From Polynucleobacter necessarius (GTDB taxonomy: Bacteria > Pseudomonadota > Gammaproteobacteria > Burkholderiales > Burkholderiaceae): a stretch of DNA of 32,000 nt. The position numbers and the translations under genes are program-made. The notes beneath the pieces were generated by a model, which saw only the letters and a list, made by a program, of their open reading frames with translations, had not been told where the DNA came from and ran no database searches. Location of the stretch: positions 30,001-62,000 of the forward strand of contig NZ_LT606950.1 of NCBI RefSeq assembly GCF_900095195.1, read 5' to 3'. Positions 30,070 through 32,000 of the stretch are shown here, one piece after another (positions within the stretch are counted from its first letter, which is position 1; every line of letters starts with the position of its first letter).

Positions 30070-31400
30070 TCAAAGATTGAGATTAATTCTCCTGGTTTCA
30101 AAGACACACAAAAAGTAAATAATTGCAGCGCTTGCCAAAAAAGAGATTTTGTACCAAAGTCCAGGCAAGCTATTGCCACAAATTTGATTTAACCAAGCCA
30201 CAATCAGGGGGCATCCCACCAACCCATCCAGCTGCGAGATTGTGTGGAAGTGTGGCAGCGCTATTCCTATTTTTTGCGGGAAATAATTCTGCAAGAAGTG
30301 CTGTTTGAGGTCCAACTGCTAGCCCTAGTGAGGGGGCAAGAAGAAACAAGATAAGTCCAATGCCAAGCAATGCACTGTTTGATGCTGAATTTAAATAAGC
30401 GTTACCCAATATCTGTAGTAGTTCGTACGCAAGCTGAATACATAGGGCCCCAAGAATAATCCCACTCAAGATTGTCGGTTTTCGGCCAATTCGATTCGAA
30501 AGCCATCTTCCTAAAACTATTAGAGGACAAAGAGCTAGGGTTGAGAAAATACTCAAATTATCTACTAAGGCAGCATTGAGTCCTACGGAAGTTTTTAAGA
30601 AGATCGCTGTATATACCTGAACGCAGAAAAACAGAATTGCACCACTTGAAGAGATGCAAAAAATAATAGAAACATTCTTTTGCGAATTTCAGGATCCTTG
30701 AAATTGTTTAGAAGTTGCGATTCATTTTTTTGCTCTTGCTTTGCGAGTTCCAAAAACACGGGAGTTTCTTCTAGTGACCGTCGCAAATACACAGCAATCA
30801 TAAGAAGGATCAGTGAAGCCCAGAATGGTACCCGCCAGCCCCAATCCTGAAACTGTGATTGCGAAAGCCATTTTTGAAGAATGGCAATTTGTAATGTAGA
30901 AGCCAATATACCCAGAGGGCCCATGAGTTGCAGGAAGCTTGTTTTAAAACCTCGATGCCGATTGCCAGCATGCTCCGTGAGGTAGATGGCACTTCCGCCG
31001 ATTTCGCCGCCGGCAGATAAGCCCTGAAGAATGCGTAAAACAACTAAAAAAATGGGTGCCCAAATACCAATTTCTGCATAAGTTGGTAAAAATCCTACGC
31101 AAACCGTTGCGAAACCCATGATGGCAATCGTGATCATGAAGACAGGTTTACGGCCAATACGATCACCCAAGGAGCCAAACAAGGCTGATCCCATGGGTTC
31201 TGACCACCATGCCAATACCAAAAGTCGCTAAGCTTGCTAATAGCTCTGCATTTGGATCGTTTGTTGGAGAAAAGAGCGGACCAAGAACTACTGCAAGCGT
31301 AGCGAATGTGAGAAAGTCATACCACTCTAAAAAAAGTCCCAAAACAAGCTGCTATGGCTACTTTTTTGTAATGACGCCCACTTGTATTTGAGTCGTTCAA
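30070..31400 (-). pseudogene. MFS transporter of the metabolite:H+ symporter (ProP/KgtP-like) type, inactivated by 4 frameshifts
   Basis: The minus-strand pieces join as MNDSNTSGRHYKKVAIAACFGTF|LEWYDFLTFATLAVVLGPLF...FGIGMVVR|PMGSALFGSLGDRIGRKP...RILQGLSAGGEIGG...MFLLFF|CISSSGAILFFCVQVYTAIFLK...LSNRIGRKP...AELFPAKNRNSA...GGMP|LIVAWLNQ...*. The breaks are at 31329-31335 (A7), ~31196-31202, 30658-30663 (A6) and 30217-30221 (G5). Confidence 0.8.
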
Positions 31401-31401
31401 T

Positions 31402-32000
31402 TTATTCAGAATCAGATGAGGATTCTATTAGAGGGGGGGATAAATTTTTGGAGGGTTTAACGCCAAGTTCTCGCACTTTTTCTGCGGCTCGAATTAAATT
31501 ACCTTTTCCAGTTTTGAGTTTATTAAAGGCATCGTGATAGCTTGTTTGTGCTTGGTCTAAGCGTTGCCCCAATTTTTCAAGATCATCTACAAAGCCAACA
31601 AACTTATCGTATAGGTTGCCGCATTGCTTCGCGATTTCAAGCGCATTACGGTTTTGGTGATCTTGCCTCCAAAGATGTGCAACAGTTCTGAGAGTTGCCA
31701 TCAGGGTACTTGGGCACACAAGCACAATATTTTTGGCTAATGCCTCTTGATATAAGTTTGGAGTAGTCTTTAAGGCCAGCAAGAAAGCAGGCTCTATTGG
31801 TATAAACATGAGGACAAAATCTACTGATCCAGCGCCATATAGTGTGCTGTAGTTTTTGCCTGAAAGCCCTTGAATATGTTGTCGCAAAGATTGAATATGG
31901 GCCGCTAATTCAAGTTCGCCAACTTTTGCATCAGAAGCTTCAGTGTGTCTTGCATACGCAGTAATAGAGACTTTACTGTCAATAACTAAGCTTCTACCCT
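31402..32000 (-). CDS. rmuC: DNA recombination protein RmuC (C-terminal part; 5' end beyond the window)
   Basis: The frame is open to the window end (SLVIDSKVSITAYARH...HIQSLRQHIQGLSGKNY...VDFVLMFIPIEPAF...VLVCPSTLMATLRTVAHLWRQ). The TTG at 31887 in the ORF track is internal. Confidence 0.85.
   Translation of the reverse strand, partial: GRSLVIDSKVSITAYARHTEASDAKVGELELAAHIQSLRQHIQGLSGKNYSTLYGAGSVDFVLMFIPIEPAFLLALKTTPNLYQEALAKNIVLVCPSTLMATLRTVAHLWRQDHQNRNALEIAKQCGNLYDKFVGFVDDLEKLGQRLDQAQTSYHDAFNKLKTGKGNLIRAAEKVRELGVKPSKNLSPPLIESSSDSE

Overview
This window is a compact, mostly core-housekeeping stretch of a betaproteobacterial (Burkholderiales-type) chromosome with visibly low GC. A Polynucleobacter-like lineage is my guess from synteny and composition only. 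Gene order: gltB (5' end outside the window), gltD, mlaFED-mlaA-mlaC-mlaB, an ABC-2 exporter pair, ibaG/bolA-like, murA, hisG, hisD, [debris], hisB-H-A-F-I-E, a HIT protein and tatABC, all on +. Next come a Sel1-repeat protein (-), a porin (+), a TPR/O-GlcNAc-transferase-like pseudogene (+) and mscL (-). The window ends with petABC, sspAB and tRNA-Thr(UGU) on +, then an MFS transporter pseudogene (-) and rmuC (-, partial). I see no CRISPR array, IS element, integrase, prophage or recognisable defence or toxin cluster, and I cannot support a claim of a novel multi-gene system here. The strongest signal is gene decay. The hisC slot of an otherwise intact his operon holds an inverted, truncated hisC remnant joined tail-to-tail to an AT-rich glycosyltransferase remnant. 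Two accessory genes (TPR-OGT, MFS) each carry four inactivating lesions. hisI and mscL each carry a single homopolymer frameshift that clips only the C-terminal tail. More than 30 neighbouring core genes are intact, which fits ongoing reductive evolution, though homopolymer sequencing error must be excluded for the single-base lesions. The only intact gene of unknown function is the ~487-aa Sel1-repeat protein.
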